The position numbers and the translations under genes were made by a program. Shown piece after piece: positions 10,114 to 20,195 of a DNA stretch of 32,000 nucleotides (position 1 is the stretch's first letter; each line of letters begins with the position of its first letter). Location of the stretch: NCBI RefSeq assembly GCF_000247565.1, contig NC_016893.1, positions 570,001 through 602,000 of the forward strand. The letters are read 5' to 3'. The stretch is from Wigglesworthia glossinidia endosymbiont of Glossina morsitans morsitans (Yale colony). GTDB taxonomy: Bacteria; Pseudomonadota; Gammaproteobacteria; Enterobacterales; Enterobacteriaceae. Under the pieces are notes generated by a model. It searched no databases. It saw nothing but the letters and a program-made list of their open reading frames with translations, and had not been told where the DNA came from.

Positions 10114-12201
10114 TTGTTAAATTCTGTCATTCAAAAGTTTCAATATGGAAAACATATTATTACTATTGAAACAGGCACAATAGCACGTCAAGCGACATCT
10201 GCTGTAATAATTAATATGGATGATACTACAGTTTTAATTTCTGTAGTAAGCGATACAAAAGAACGAATGTCAGGTACACAGCAGAATTTTTTTCCATTGA
10301 AAATTAATTATCAAGAAAGAGCATACGCCGCAGGACGCTTTCCAGGTGGATTTTTTAGGCGTGAAGGACGTCCAAACGAAAATGAAATATTAGTATCAAG
10401 ATTAATTGACAGACCTATACGTCCTTTATTCCCAAAAAATTTTTTTCATGACGTTCAAATAATAGCCACGGTTTTATCGGTCAATCCAGAAATAAATCCA
10501 GATATTGCATCAATGATCGGTGTTTCTGCAGCACTAAGCTTATCCGGGTTACCTTTTAAAGGCCCTCTAGGAGCAGCTAGGATAGGATACATAAATGAAG
10601 AATATATTTTAAATCCTACTACTACTGAACTAATGAATAGTAAGTTAAATATGGTAATTTCTGGAACTTCCAATGCAATTTTAATGGTAGAATCAGAATC
10701 AAAGATATTGACAGAAGACCAAATCCTGCAAGCCATGTTATATGGACATAAAAAACAACAAATCATAATAAAAAATATTAATGAATTAGTAAAAAAAGTT
10801 TCATGTTCTAAGTGCGAATGGGATAAACTAAAAAATATAGATCTCGAACTACAAGAGTATATTAGTAATAACTTTCGTAAAGAATTAAAAGAAGCATATT
10901 TAATTTCTGAAAAGAAAAAAAGATCTGAAAAAATCGCAGATATTAAAAATAAAATTTTTAACAATTTAATAGAAAATAACAACAACGCTAATATAGAACA
11001 AGTAGAATTTGTAATTAAAAACATAGAACGTGAAATTGTTCGAAATAGAATTTTATCCGGAAAACCACGTATCGATGGACGTAAAAATAACGTAATTAGA
11101 GATTTAAATATTCAGATAGGCATTTTAAAAAGAACTCACGGATCTGCCATTTTTACGCGAGGAGAAACACAATCACTATCTATAGTAACATTAGGTACTG
11201 AAAGAGATGCTCAAAATATAGATGAATTAATAGGAGATCGAACAGATAGGTTTTTGTTTCATTATAATTTTCCTCCATATTGCGTAGGAGAAATTGGAAT
11301 AATTGGTTCCCCAAAGCGCCGAGAAATAGGTCACGGAAAATTAGCCAAACGTAGCTTAATGGCTGTAATGCCAAATTCAAGTGCTTTTCCCTATACCGTA
11401 CGGATAGTATCAGAAATTACAGAATCTAATGGATCTTCATCTATGGCATCGGTATGTGCAGCGTCTCTAGCATTAATGGATGCAGGAGTACCCATTAAAA
11501 GTTCTATTGCAGGAATTGCAATGGGATTAATTAAAGAAAAAAATGAATTTGTTATTTTATCAGATATTTTAGGCGATGAAGATTTTTTAGGGGATATGGA
11601 TTTTAAAGTAGCTGGCAATACAGAAGGAATTACAGCATTACAAATGGATATTAAAATAGAAGAAATAACTTCAGAAATATTAAAAGAAGCTTTGTATCGA
11701 GCTAGAGAAGCAAGAATACATATTCTACATGCTATGAATAAATGCATTAAAGAACCTAAAAATGAAATTTCTGTTTTTGCACCAAGAATCTATAAAATTA
11801 ACATTAATCCCGAAAAAATCAAAAATGTTATCGGAAAAGGCGGTTCAGTAATTCGAATGTTAACAGAAAAAACTCAATCTGCGATTGAAATAGAAGATGA
11901 TGGCACAGTAAAAGTAATTTCAAATAATGCAGAAAACGCTCAAAAAGCCTTAAAAGAAATACAGAACATTACCGACGAAACTAAGATACATCAAACTTAT
12001 CTTGCAAAAATTACGCGTATCGTTAATTTTGGTGCTTTTGCAAGCTTAAGCAATGGAAAAGAAGGATTGATTCACATTTCACAAATTTCGCATCATAAAA
12101 TCAACGATATTTCAAAGCATCTAAAATTAGGCCAAAAAGTTTCTGTAAAAGTAGTAGAAATAGATAGATACGGCAGAATACGTTTAACAATGAAAATATA
12201 A
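10114..12201 (+). CDS. pnp: Polynucleotide phosphorylase
   Basis: 695 aa. [31 protein letters not shown] aligns with E. coli PNPase ([31 protein letters not shown]). Both RNase PH domains and the KH and S1 domains are present. The TTG start at 10114 follows AAAGGAA; E. coli pnp also starts with UUG. Confidence 0.97.
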   Translation: MLNSVIQKFQYGKHIITIETGTIARQATSAVIINMDDTTVLISVVSDTKERMSGTQQNFFPLKINYQERAYAAGRFPGGFFRREGRPNENEILVSRLIDRPIRPLFPKNFFHDVQIIATVLSVNPEINPDIASMIGVSAALSLSGLPFKGPLGAARIGYINEEYILNPTTTELMNSKLNMVISGTSNAILMVESESKILTEDQILQAMLYGHKKQQIIIKNINELVKKVSCSKCEWDKLKNIDLELQEYISNNFRKELKEAYLISEKKKRSEKIADIKNKIFNNLIENNNNANIEQVEFVIKNIEREIVRNRILSGKPRIDGRKNNVIRDLNIQIGILKRTHGSAIFTRGETQSLSIVTLGTERDAQNIDELIGDRTDRFLFHYNFPPYCVGEIGIIGSPKRREIGHGKLAKRSLMAVMPNSSAFPYTVRIVSEITESNGSSSMASVCAASLALMDAGVPIKSSIAGIAMGLIKEKNEFVILSDILGDEDFLGDMDFKVAGNTEGITALQMDIKIEEITSEILKEALYRAREARIHILHAMNKCIKEPKNEISVFAPRIYKININPEKIKNVIGKGGSVIRMLTEKTQSAIEIEDDGTVKVISNNAENAQKALKEIQNITDETKIHQTYLAKITRIVNFGAFASLSNGKEGLIHISQISHHKINDISKHLKLGQKVSVKVVEIDRYGRIRLTMKI

Positions 12202-12323
12202 ATTTTAAAAAAAATAAAATTTAAATTTATCGCTACTAATTTTCACAAAAATATTTAAAAATTAAACATCTGTATCGCATTAAAACTATTAAAATATTTA
12301 ATCGAGAGAGGTCACATTAACGC

Positions 12324-14069
12324 ATGTATAAAAAACAAATTTCTTTTTCTGAGCTTGGATTAAATAATGAAATTTTAAAATCGTTACATGATCTCGGTTA
12401 TATACGTCCTTCTCCTATTCAGGAAGCTTGCATACCGCATCTTTTAAAAGGACACGATGTGTTAGGAGTTGCACAAACTGGTAGTGGAAAAACAGCTGCT
12501 TTTTTTTTACCTTTATTAAATAACATTAGATCACAATATAATTTTCCACAAATACTAATTCTTACTCCTACAAGAGAATTGGCATTACAAATAAAATTTG
12601 CATGTTCTAATTTATCAAAACATACAAAAAATATTTATATTATTGCATTATATGGAGGTCAAAGTTATGAAACTCAATTAAAAAAAATAAAAAAATTACC
12701 TCAAATTATTGTTGGAACACCCGGTCGAATTTTAGACTTATTAAATAAAAAATATTTAAATTTATCTAAAATTACTAGTTGTATTTTAGATGAAGCTGAT
12801 GAAATGTTAAGAATGGGATTTATTGAAGATGTAGAAAATATACTATCGAAAACTTCAAAACAACATCAAACTGTGCTTTTTTCAGCAACTATGCCACAAG
12901 CAATTAACAAAATAGCACGTCGTTTCATGCAATCACCGAAAGAAATTCGAATCCAATGTAATATTAATACACAACCAGATATTCAACAATATTATTGGAT
13001 AGCTTATAAAATAAGAAAAATAGATGCACTTTTACGATTTTTAGAAATGGAAAATTTTGAAGCAGTAATTATTTTCGTACGTACTAAACATGCTACTTTA
13101 GAAATTTCTGAAATTTTAGAAAGAAATGGATACAATAGTTCTGCTTTAAACGGAGATATGAACCAATTACTTCGAGAAAATACATTAAACAAATTTAAAA
13201 TTAAGAAATTAGATGTTTTAGTTGCTACAGATATAGCTTCTAGAGGATTAGACGTTGAACACGTTAATTTAGTAATTAATTATGACGCCCCATTAGATTC
13301 CGAAGCGTATATACATCGTATTGGAAGAACCGGTCGTGCTGGTAGGACAGGAAAAGCATTATTATTTTTAGAAAATAGAGAAAAAAAAATACTTTATAGC
13401 ATTAAACGTTGTACAAAATTAAAAATTACAGAAATTTCATTACCTAAAACAAAAGATTTAGTTGAAAAACGTTTAAATAATTTATCTAAAAAAATTCAAG
13501 AACAAATAAAATATCGAGATCTAGAGAAATATAATCATTTATTATTGAAAATAATGCGTATTATAGATGTTTCCGATACTAAAGTAATAGCAACTATTTT
13601 ACTCAAATTAATACAAAAAAATAAACCTCTAATACTATCTGAAGATAAAAAAATTTTAAATTTAAATTATAGAAAAAAATTAAAAATCAAAAAACATGAA
13701 AAATCTCATCTTAAATCATTACATTCAAATTATTTTTATCGTCTTAATCTTGGAAAAAAAGATTCAATATTTGTTCAAAATATCTTCGAATTGATGATTA
13801 ATATAGGAAAAATCAGCAAAAAATTTATTAAACATATAAAATTATTTTTTGATTATTCCGTAATAGAATTATCAACTAGTTTATCTAAAGATGCAATTCG
13901 GTTATTAACCAATACATCAACTTTTCATAAATCTTTAAAAATAAAATTAATTCATAAAAATCAAAAATCTAAAAATTATATATCAAAAAATACATATTCC
14001 CAATATCCACATCGTATTTCAAAATTCATCAAAAATCAAAGTAAAATATCTTCGAGCAAACAATATTAA
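12324..14069 (+). CDS. deaD: Cold-shock DEAD-box RNA helicase DeaD/CsdA
   Basis: 581 aa. FSELGLNNEILKSLHDLGYIRPSPIQEACIPHLL aligns with E. coli DeaD. Helicase motifs AQTGSGKT, DEAD, SAT and HRIGRTGRAG are present, plus the DbpA-like C-terminal RNA-binding domain (FYRLNLGKKD...IKLFFDYSVIEL). Confidence 0.95.
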   Translation: MYKKQISFSELGLNNEILKSLHDLGYIRPSPIQEACIPHLLKGHDVLGVAQTGSGKTAAFFLPLLNNIRSQYNFPQILILTPTRELALQIKFACSNLSKHTKNIYIIALYGGQSYETQLKKIKKLPQIIVGTPGRILDLLNKKYLNLSKITSCILDEADEMLRMGFIEDVENILSKTSKQHQTVLFSATMPQAINKIARRFMQSPKEIRIQCNINTQPDIQQYYWIAYKIRKIDALLRFLEMENFEAVIIFVRTKHATLEISEILERNGYNSSALNGDMNQLLRENTLNKFKIKKLDVLVATDIASRGLDVEHVNLVINYDAPLDSEAYIHRIGRTGRAGRTGKALLFLENREKKILYSIKRCTKLKITEISLPKTKDLVEKRLNNLSKKIQEQIKYRDLEKYNHLLLKIMRIIDVSDTKVIATILLKLIQKNKPLILSEDKKILNLNYRKKLKIKKHEKSHLKSLHSNYFYRLNLGKKDSIFVQNIFELMINIGKISKKFIKHIKLFFDYSVIELSTSLSKDAIRLLTNTSTFHKSLKIKLIHKNQKSKNYISKNTYSQYPHRISKFIKNQSKISSSKQY

Positions 14070-14302
14070 TTTAATTTTAAATACCTTTACTATTTGACAT
14101 AAATAATATTGTATCAAATAAAATCTTGATAAAATTAAAAATTTATATGAATTATTCATTAGTTAAAATAAATAATTAAATTATTAATTATAATGTTTTA
14201 TCTAGTATAATATTATAAGACTAATTTGATTAATTACAGTATAATTATACTAAAATATTAATTTTATATAAATTTTAATTTATACACATTTGGAAATTAA
14301 TT

Positions 14303-16048
14303 GTGAAATTATTTTTAAAATTAAGTTGGTTTTTTAAGCGTGAGTGGAAAAAATATATTTTATCAATATTATTATTAATTATTATTTCGATATTAAAATT
14401 AATTTCTCCTTGGTTAGTAGGAATCATTGTAGATAATGTAATTAATTTACGTTCCACAACGAAAGGTTTATTAATATTAATTTGTGGAATTATCAGTTCA
14501 TCTATTTTGGTATATTATTTACGTTATATTTGGCGAATAATATTGTTTGGCTCTGCATATCGATTAGCATTAGATTTACGTGATCAATTTTATCTTATTT
14601 TAAGTAAACAAAAAAAAATTTTTTATTTAAAAAATAAAACAGGCGATCTAATTACTAGAGCTATTAATGATGTCGATAAGATCGTTTATGCTGTTGGAGA
14701 AGGAGTACTAACACTAGTTGATTCTTTAGTTCTTGGATTCTCTGTAATGTTAATCATGAGTATTAAAATTAATATGTATCTTGCATTTTTTTCATTAATT
14801 CCTATGCCATTCATGGTGTTATGTATCAATGGATTCGGTAAAAAATTATATTACAGTTTTTGTATTGCGCAAAATGCTTTTTCTCAATTAAATAGTGTAA
14901 TACATGAAAATCTTAAAAATATACGTACAATAAAATCATTTGGATCTGAAAAATATCAATTTAATTTTTTTATTAGTTCTATTAAAAAATCTCATATCAA
15001 AAATATACATTCCTCTAAAATAGATGCTAAATTTGATCCAGTAATCTATTTATCGGTAGGATTATCTAATTTATTAGCAGTTTCCGGAGGAATTTATTTA
15101 ATTCATAAAAATATTATTACTATAGGAGAATTAACTAGTTTTATTATGTATCTTGGTTTAATGATTTGGCCTATGTTAGCATTTGCTTGGACATTTAATA
15201 TTGTTGAAAGAGGAAATGTAGCATATAATAGAATTTACACTTATTTGAATACAGAAACATTTACGGACGGCAAAATTTCTTTACCAAGTCGTAAAGGAAA
15301 CATATTAATTTCAATTAATAAATTTTTTTATCCTACTAATAATCAGATAATTTTAAAAAATATTAAAATTAATATTAAACCAAAAAGTTATGTTGGATTA
15401 TGTGGTCCAACTGGATCAGGAAAAAGTACATTAATTTCTTTAATATTAAGAAATTTTGATGTGTATGAAGGTAAGATATTGTTTCATAATTTACCTCTAA
15501 ATTCTATAATTTTAGATGAATGGAGAAGCTTGATTTCTTTTGTTGATCAAGCCCCGTTTTTATTCTCAGATAGTATTAAAAATAATATTTGTTTAGGATA
15601 TCCTAACGCAACACACAATCAAATTGAATGCGCAGCGAAATTAGCATGTATACATAAGGATATAATAAGCTTTCCAAAAAGTTATCATACAAAAATTGGA
15701 GATCAAGGTGTGATGCTTTCGGGCGGACAAAAACAACGTATTGCAATTGCACGAGCATTATTATTTCCTTCAGAAATATTAATTTTAGATGATGCATTTT
15801 CTTCTGTAGATAATTATACGCGATATAACATAATAAAAAATATTAAAAAGATAAAGAATTATCAAATTTTGATTATTAGTACGCATCAACTATCTCTTTT
15901 GAAAGAAGCTTCAGAAATTTTAGTATTGCAAAACGGTATGATTAAACAGCGTGGAAGTCATAATATGCTTGTTAAAGAAAAAGGATGGTATTCTAAAATG
16001 TATAAGTATCAAAAATTTAAATATAGCAATACACTAAACAAAAATTAG
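14303..16048 (+). CDS. mdlA: ABC exporter permease/ATPase MdlA
   Basis: 581 aa with a GTG start. MKLFLKLSWFFKREWKKY aligns with E. coli MdlA (MRLFAQLSWYFRREWRRY). TGDLITRAINDVD, MIWPMLAFAWTFNIVERG, Walker A GPTGSGKST, signature LSGGQKQR and Walker B ILILDD are present. Confidence 0.93.
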   Translation: MKLFLKLSWFFKREWKKYILSILLLIIISILKLISPWLVGIIVDNVINLRSTTKGLLILICGIISSSILVYYLRYIWRIILFGSAYRLALDLRDQFYLILSKQKKIFYLKNKTGDLITRAINDVDKIVYAVGEGVLTLVDSLVLGFSVMLIMSIKINMYLAFFSLIPMPFMVLCINGFGKKLYYSFCIAQNAFSQLNSVIHENLKNIRTIKSFGSEKYQFNFFISSIKKSHIKNIHSSKIDAKFDPVIYLSVGLSNLLAVSGGIYLIHKNIITIGELTSFIMYLGLMIWPMLAFAWTFNIVERGNVAYNRIYTYLNTETFTDGKISLPSRKGNILISINKFFYPTNNQIILKNIKINIKPKSYVGLCGPTGSGKSTLISLILRNFDVYEGKILFHNLPLNSIILDEWRSLISFVDQAPFLFSDSIKNNICLGYPNATHNQIECAAKLACIHKDIISFPKSYHTKIGDQGVMLSGGQKQRIAIARALLFPSEILILDDAFSSVDNYTRYNIIKNIKKIKNYQILIISTHQLSLLKEASEILVLQNGMIKQRGSHNMLVKEKGWYSKMYKYQKFKYSNTLNKN

Positions 16049-16061
16049 GAAGCTTCATACG

Positions 16062-17816
16062 ATGTGTAAAAAAAATTATACTCTTCATCCTTTAAAAAGA
16101 TTACTACGCTATGCTTTTCCATTTCGAAAAAAAATTTTCTTAATATGCATATTGTTGTGGACTTCTTCTATTATGGAAATTTCGGGACCAATAATTATTA
16201 GTTATTTTATTGATTGTTTTTTTAGTGAAATTCAAATTTCTTCGCATATTATAGTAGTTTTAATTTTAACTTTTATAAGTTTTCAATTTTTATCAGCTAT
16301 TTTAAGATATCATCAAATGTTTTTATTTAGTACGATATCTCTTAGCATTGTTAAAACAATCAGGATTGAGATAATGCGTACTTTACTTAAACAGCCTTTA
16401 TCTTGGTTTGATGCCCAATCTACTGGTAAATTAATTTCGATTGTTGTTAACGATACGGAAGTTATTAAAGACTTGTTTACACATTTTATATCGTCACTAC
16501 TAAAAAATATAGCATTAGTTGGGAGTATGTTTATAGCTATTCTAATATTAAATTTTAAATTAGGATGTATTTTATTTTTTTTATTTCCAATTTTATTTTA
16601 TATAATGCGTTTATATCAATATTATAGCATACCAATTTTTAGAAAATTACGGACTTGTGTTGCAAACATTAATAACTTTTTCAACGAAGTTATTCAAAAT
16701 ATGAGTATTATACAGCAATTTCAACAACAAAAAAGATTTAGAGAAAAATTATATATCCTGGGTTATGAGCATTTTCAAGTAAGAATGAAAAATTTAAAGT
16801 TAGAAGGATTTTTACTTCGTCCTTTGTTAAGTTTATTGTTTTCGTTAATTCTCTGTATAATATTATTATTTTTTGGATTAAATACCTCTAAAATCATGGG
16901 GGTTGGTATTTTATATACATTTATTAATTATCTTGGTAGATTAAGCGAACCTTTAATAGAACTAGCTGCTCAACAATCTATTTTACAACAATCTATCGCT
17001 TCAGGAGAAAGAATTTTTTATTTATTAGATTGCCCTATACAACGTTATGGCAATGATCATCGAAAAATTCTTCAAGGTAAAGTTGAAGTAAAAAATTTAA
17101 CTTTTTCCTATCATAAGAATCCTATACTAAATCAAATATCTTTTTCAATACCAGAAAAAAGTTTTTTAGCATTAGTAGGTAAAACAGGCAGCGGAAAAAC
17201 TACTTTAGCAAATTTAATAATGGGTCATTATCCAATTCAAGAAGGACATATATTAATAGATAATAGATCAATAAAAACGTTGTCTAAGTATTCTATGAGA
17301 AATAGTATTGCTATGGTACAACAGGAACCTTGTTTTATGGCAAAAACAATTTACGATAATATTGTACTTGGCAGAAATATTAGTGAAAAAAAAGTTTGGT
17401 CTATTTTATCTAGTTTAGATTTAATTTCTTTTATCAATTCTTTTCCAAAAGGCATTTTTTCTAAGTTAGATGAATACGGCAATAGATTATCTATGGGGCA
17501 AAAGCAATTACTATCTTTTGTAAGAGTATTAGTTTCTGAACCAAGTATATTGATACTTGATGAAGCTACCGCAAATATAGATGCAGATATAGAACAAAAA
17601 ATTAATTATATTTTGTATAAAATAAAAAATACTACTACTTTAATCGTAATTGCACATCGATTAAGTACTATATTAAATGCTGATCAAATTTTAGTGCTCC
17701 ATCATGGTAAAATTATTGAAAAAGGTACTCATCAATCGTTATTAAGATCGAAAGGAAAATATTATCAAATGTACTATATTCAAAAATATGATAAAAATTT
17801 TTCTTATACATACTAA
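16062..17816 (+). CDS. mdlB: ABC exporter permease/ATPase MdlB
   Basis: 584 aa. LKRLLRYAFPFRK, SGPIIISYFID, NDTEVIKDL, GFLLRPLLSLLFSLILC, GKTGSGKTTLA, LSMGQKQL, ILILDEATANID and IAHRLST align with E. coli MdlB. Adjacent to mdlA, as in E. coli. Confidence 0.93.
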   Translation: MCKKNYTLHPLKRLLRYAFPFRKKIFLICILLWTSSIMEISGPIIISYFIDCFFSEIQISSHIIVVLILTFISFQFLSAILRYHQMFLFSTISLSIVKTIRIEIMRTLLKQPLSWFDAQSTGKLISIVVNDTEVIKDLFTHFISSLLKNIALVGSMFIAILILNFKLGCILFFLFPILFYIMRLYQYYSIPIFRKLRTCVANINNFFNEVIQNMSIIQQFQQQKRFREKLYILGYEHFQVRMKNLKLEGFLLRPLLSLLFSLILCIILLFFGLNTSKIMGVGILYTFINYLGRLSEPLIELAAQQSILQQSIASGERIFYLLDCPIQRYGNDHRKILQGKVEVKNLTFSYHKNPILNQISFSIPEKSFLALVGKTGSGKTTLANLIMGHYPIQEGHILIDNRSIKTLSKYSMRNSIAMVQQEPCFMAKTIYDNIVLGRNISEKKVWSILSSLDLISFINSFPKGIFSKLDEYGNRLSMGQKQLLSFVRVLVSEPSILILDEATANIDADIEQKINYILYKIKNTTTLIVIAHRLSTILNADQILVLHHGKIIEKGTHQSLLRSKGKYYQMYYIQKYDKNFSYTY

Positions 17817-17845
17817 AATTTTTTTATATTTTAAATTATTACTTT

Positions 17846-18544
17846 TTAAAACAAAAAATAGTGCTTTTTAGGACATACATTTTTATCAAATTCGTATATT
17901 AATGGTACTCCAGTGGGCACATTTAACTGGGTTATTTGTTTTTCGTCAAGATTATCTAATAATTTCATAATTGCTCGAATAGAATTTCCATGTGCAACAA
18001 TAATTAATTTATTCTTATTTTTTAATTTGGGGAAAATTTTTTTTTTCCAATACGGTATAATACGATCAATTGTAGATTTTAAGCTTTCTGTAGTAGGAAG
18101 TTGACCAGAAAGTTTTAAACGAAGATATCGCGGATCATTTCCTGGAAATCGTATGTCATTTGTGTTTAATTTCGGAGGGATACTTAAAAATCCACGACGC
18201 CATTCTTTTAATTGTGCACTGCCATATTTTGTTTTAATTTCATTTTTGCTAAATCCTTGTAAAGCTCCGTAATGTCTTTCGTTTAATCTCCAAGATTTTT
18301 CTATTGGAATCCAAGATTGATCTATTTCTTGTAAAAGAATCCATAAACTATGAATAGCTCTTTTTAATAAAGATGTATAAGCAAAATCAAATAAATACCC
18401 AAAAGATCTTAATACTTCTCCTGCATATTTTACTTCTTTTTCGCCTTTTTCAGATAATTCAATATCTGTCCATCCAGTAAAACGATCTTGATCGTTCCAT
18501 ATACTTCTTCCATGACGCATCAAAACCAATTTAATTATAGACAT
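17846..18544 (-). CDS. gpmA: 2,3-bisphosphoglycerate-dependent phosphoglycerate mutase
   Basis: 232 aa. [58 protein letters not shown] and [13 protein letters not shown] match E. coli GpmA. Confidence 0.96.
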   Translation of the reverse strand: MSIIKLVLMRHGRSIWNDQDRFTGWTDIELSEKGEKEVKYAGEVLRSFGYLFDFAYTSLLKRAIHSLWILLQEIDQSWIPIEKSWRLNERHYGALQGFSKNEIKTKYGSAQLKEWRRGFLSIPPKLNTNDIRFPGNDPRYLRLKLSGQLPTTESLKSTIDRIIPYWKKKIFPKLKNKNKLIIVAHGNSIRAIMKLLDNLDEKQITQLNVPTGVPLIYEFDKNVCPKKHYFLF

Positions 18545-18795
18545 GTAAATATTTCCTTAATTAGTAAATTTCTGCAATATAATTAATATTTTGAGATCTT
18601 TTAATTTATATACATTACAATAATACTAGTGTGTATTAAATTATAAATATATCACTTAAAAATTTTTAATTAAACTGATAATATAATATTATTTAAAAAA
18701 TACAAGCATATAAAAAAAATTATTGTATTACATACATTTTATAAATTTTTTAAAATGTGCACTATCATAATATCTTTAATAAAGATTAGAATAAA

Positions 18796-19893
18796 ATGAA
18801 AATAAACATTGCTATTTTTTTTGGAGGAGAATCTTCAGAACATCAAATATCATTAAAATCATCAATTAATGTTATTCAATCTATTGATAAAAATAAATAT
18901 CATCTTATTTTAATTGGTGTTGAAAAAAATGGAAAATTAGGAATAAGAACACATAAAAAATATGTTTTATATCCAAATGACATGAATCGTATACAATTAG
19001 GTCCAGCTACTGGATATATAGCAGTCATACCAGGGAAGTGGAAATTTAAGTTTTTAAATTTAAGTAATAAAAAAACGTTGCAAGTAGACTTAATTTTTTC
19101 AGTTTTACATGGTGAAAAAGGAGAAAATGGTAGTTTTCAAGGATTTTATAATGTTTTAAATGTACCCTACGTAGGTTCTGGAGTTTTAGGATCAAGTATA
19201 TGTATGGACAAAGACATGACAAAACGTATTTTAAAAACTTTCAATATTCTTGTAACACCTTCAATTACTATAAAAAATCAAAAAAAATATAAAAAAATAA
19301 AATATTCAAAAATTATAAAAAAAATTGGTTTTCCATGTATTGTCAAACCAGCTACACAAGGATCTTCGATCGGTGTAAATTTAGCATCAAATTTTTTTGA
19401 ATTAAAAAAATCAATAAAAAATTCTTTTTTTTATGATAATAAGATACTTATTGAGCCTTTAATTTCTGGTCGAGAAATAGAAGTTGGAATTTTAGGCAAC
19501 GAACAACCCGTTACTAGTATATGTGGTGAAATTCAACATAAAAATAAATTTTATGACTTTCAAGCCAAATACATCAAGGATAGTAAATTAATTATTCCAG
19601 CAAACATTTCAAATAATTTATCAAATAATATTCGTCAAATAGCTAAAAAAGTATTTTTAATGCTAGAATGTAGCATTATGGCTCGTATAGATTTTTTTAT
19701 AACAAAAAAAGAAGAAATCATTTTAAATGAAATTAATACGATACCCGGATTCACTGAAAATAGCATGTATTCTAAATTATGGGAGGCTTCAGGAGTTAAT
19801 TTTTCTTCATTAATTAATAAATTAATCGAATTAACTTTAGCTAAAAACAAAAATAAATTATTTTATAAAAAAAAATATTTAAAAAATTTTTAA
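18796..19893 (+). CDS. ddlA: D-alanine--D-alanine ligase, DdlA type
   Basis: 365 aa. At about 364 aa it matches DdlA length, not the roughly 306-aa DdlB. IAIFFGGESSEHQISLKS, FSVLHGEKGENGSFQG, CMDKDMTKR, VKPATQGSSIGV and NEINTIPGFTENSMYSKLWEASG align with E. coli DdlA. Confidence 0.9.
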   Translation: MKINIAIFFGGESSEHQISLKSSINVIQSIDKNKYHLILIGVEKNGKLGIRTHKKYVLYPNDMNRIQLGPATGYIAVIPGKWKFKFLNLSNKKTLQVDLIFSVLHGEKGENGSFQGFYNVLNVPYVGSGVLGSSICMDKDMTKRILKTFNILVTPSITIKNQKKYKKIKYSKIIKKIGFPCIVKPATQGSSIGVNLASNFFELKKSIKNSFFYDNKILIEPLISGREIEVGILGNEQPVTSICGEIQHKNKFYDFQAKYIKDSKLIIPANISNNLSNNIRQIAKKVFLMLECSIMARIDFFITKKEEIILNEINTIPGFTENSMYSKLWEASGVNFSSLINKLIELTLAKNKNKLFYKKKYLKNF

Positions 19894-19903
19894 TTTTGTT
19901 TTA

Positions 19904-20128
19904 TTATAAAAAAGACCTTTTAATTTTTTTTGCAATTGCTCTATAATGATCTAGTCTTTTATAAAAATACGACAATAAATGTTCGGGTTGCTTATTTGCA
20001 ATTTTTTGCACTAGGACAGACATATTGTGCCTTTCTTGGAAAGCAATCCCGGAAGCTGCCAAATCAGAAATAATTTTTTCTTTTTCTAAATTAGAAATTT
20101 CAGATATATTAAATGTTATTTTTTTCAT
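19904..20128 (-). CDS. holE: DNA polymerase III theta subunit
   Basis: 74 aa. DLAASGIAFQERHNMSVLVQKIANKQPEHLLSYFYKRL aligns with E. coli HolE ([38 protein letters not shown], 76 aa). The region is locally less AT-rich than its flanks. Confidence 0.8.
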   Translation of the reverse strand: MKKITFNISEISNLEKEKIISDLAASGIAFQERHNMSVLVQKIANKQPEHLLSYFYKRLDHYRAIAKKIKRSFL

Positions 20129-20195
20129 ATATATATTATTATTAATTTTTAGTGTAAATTAAAACAAATTTATTAAAATACAGGATGCTCAAATT

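Noticed and set aside
10455-11024. A 189-aa minus-strand ORF, together with the other antisense or off-frame track ORFs: 132-506, 1352-1648, 1856-2125, 2193-2387, 2810-3091, 2895-3158, 4919-5110, 5612-5830, 6413-6799, 7712-7942, 11180-11380, 11391-11747, 13004-13192, 14275-14457, 15603-15797, 17913-18104, 19635-19850, 21186-21398, 22819-23112, 25000-25254, 25613-25879, 25927-26199 and 31643-31837.
   Set aside because: Each is nested inside, or overlaps, a strongly conserved gene on the other strand or in another frame. The translations are Ile/Phe/Leu/Ser-rich low-complexity strings with no motif I recognise. Long antisense open frames are expected by chance opposite AT-rich, codon-biased genes.
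14093-14211. Promoter-like hexamers upstream of mdlA: TTGACA at 14093-14098 and TATAAT at about 14206-14211.
   Set aside because: The two hexamers are about 100 nt apart and do not form one promoter. Each lacks a properly spaced partner, and isolated TATAAT or TTGACA matches are expected by chance here.
14238-14251. A perfect 14-nt palindrome AGTATAATTATACT, plus the nearby ATAATATTAT, in the deaD-mdlA spacer, considered as a possible operator site.
   Set aside because: Short A/T palindromes are expected at high frequency in nearly pure A+T spacers. There is no second copy and no partner regulator in the window.
20129-20195. A possible Fur box in the holE-ftnA divergent spacer.
   Set aside because: I found no convincing match to the GATAATGATAATCATTATC consensus. 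AT-richness makes partial matches meaningless, and the presence of fur in this genome is unknown.
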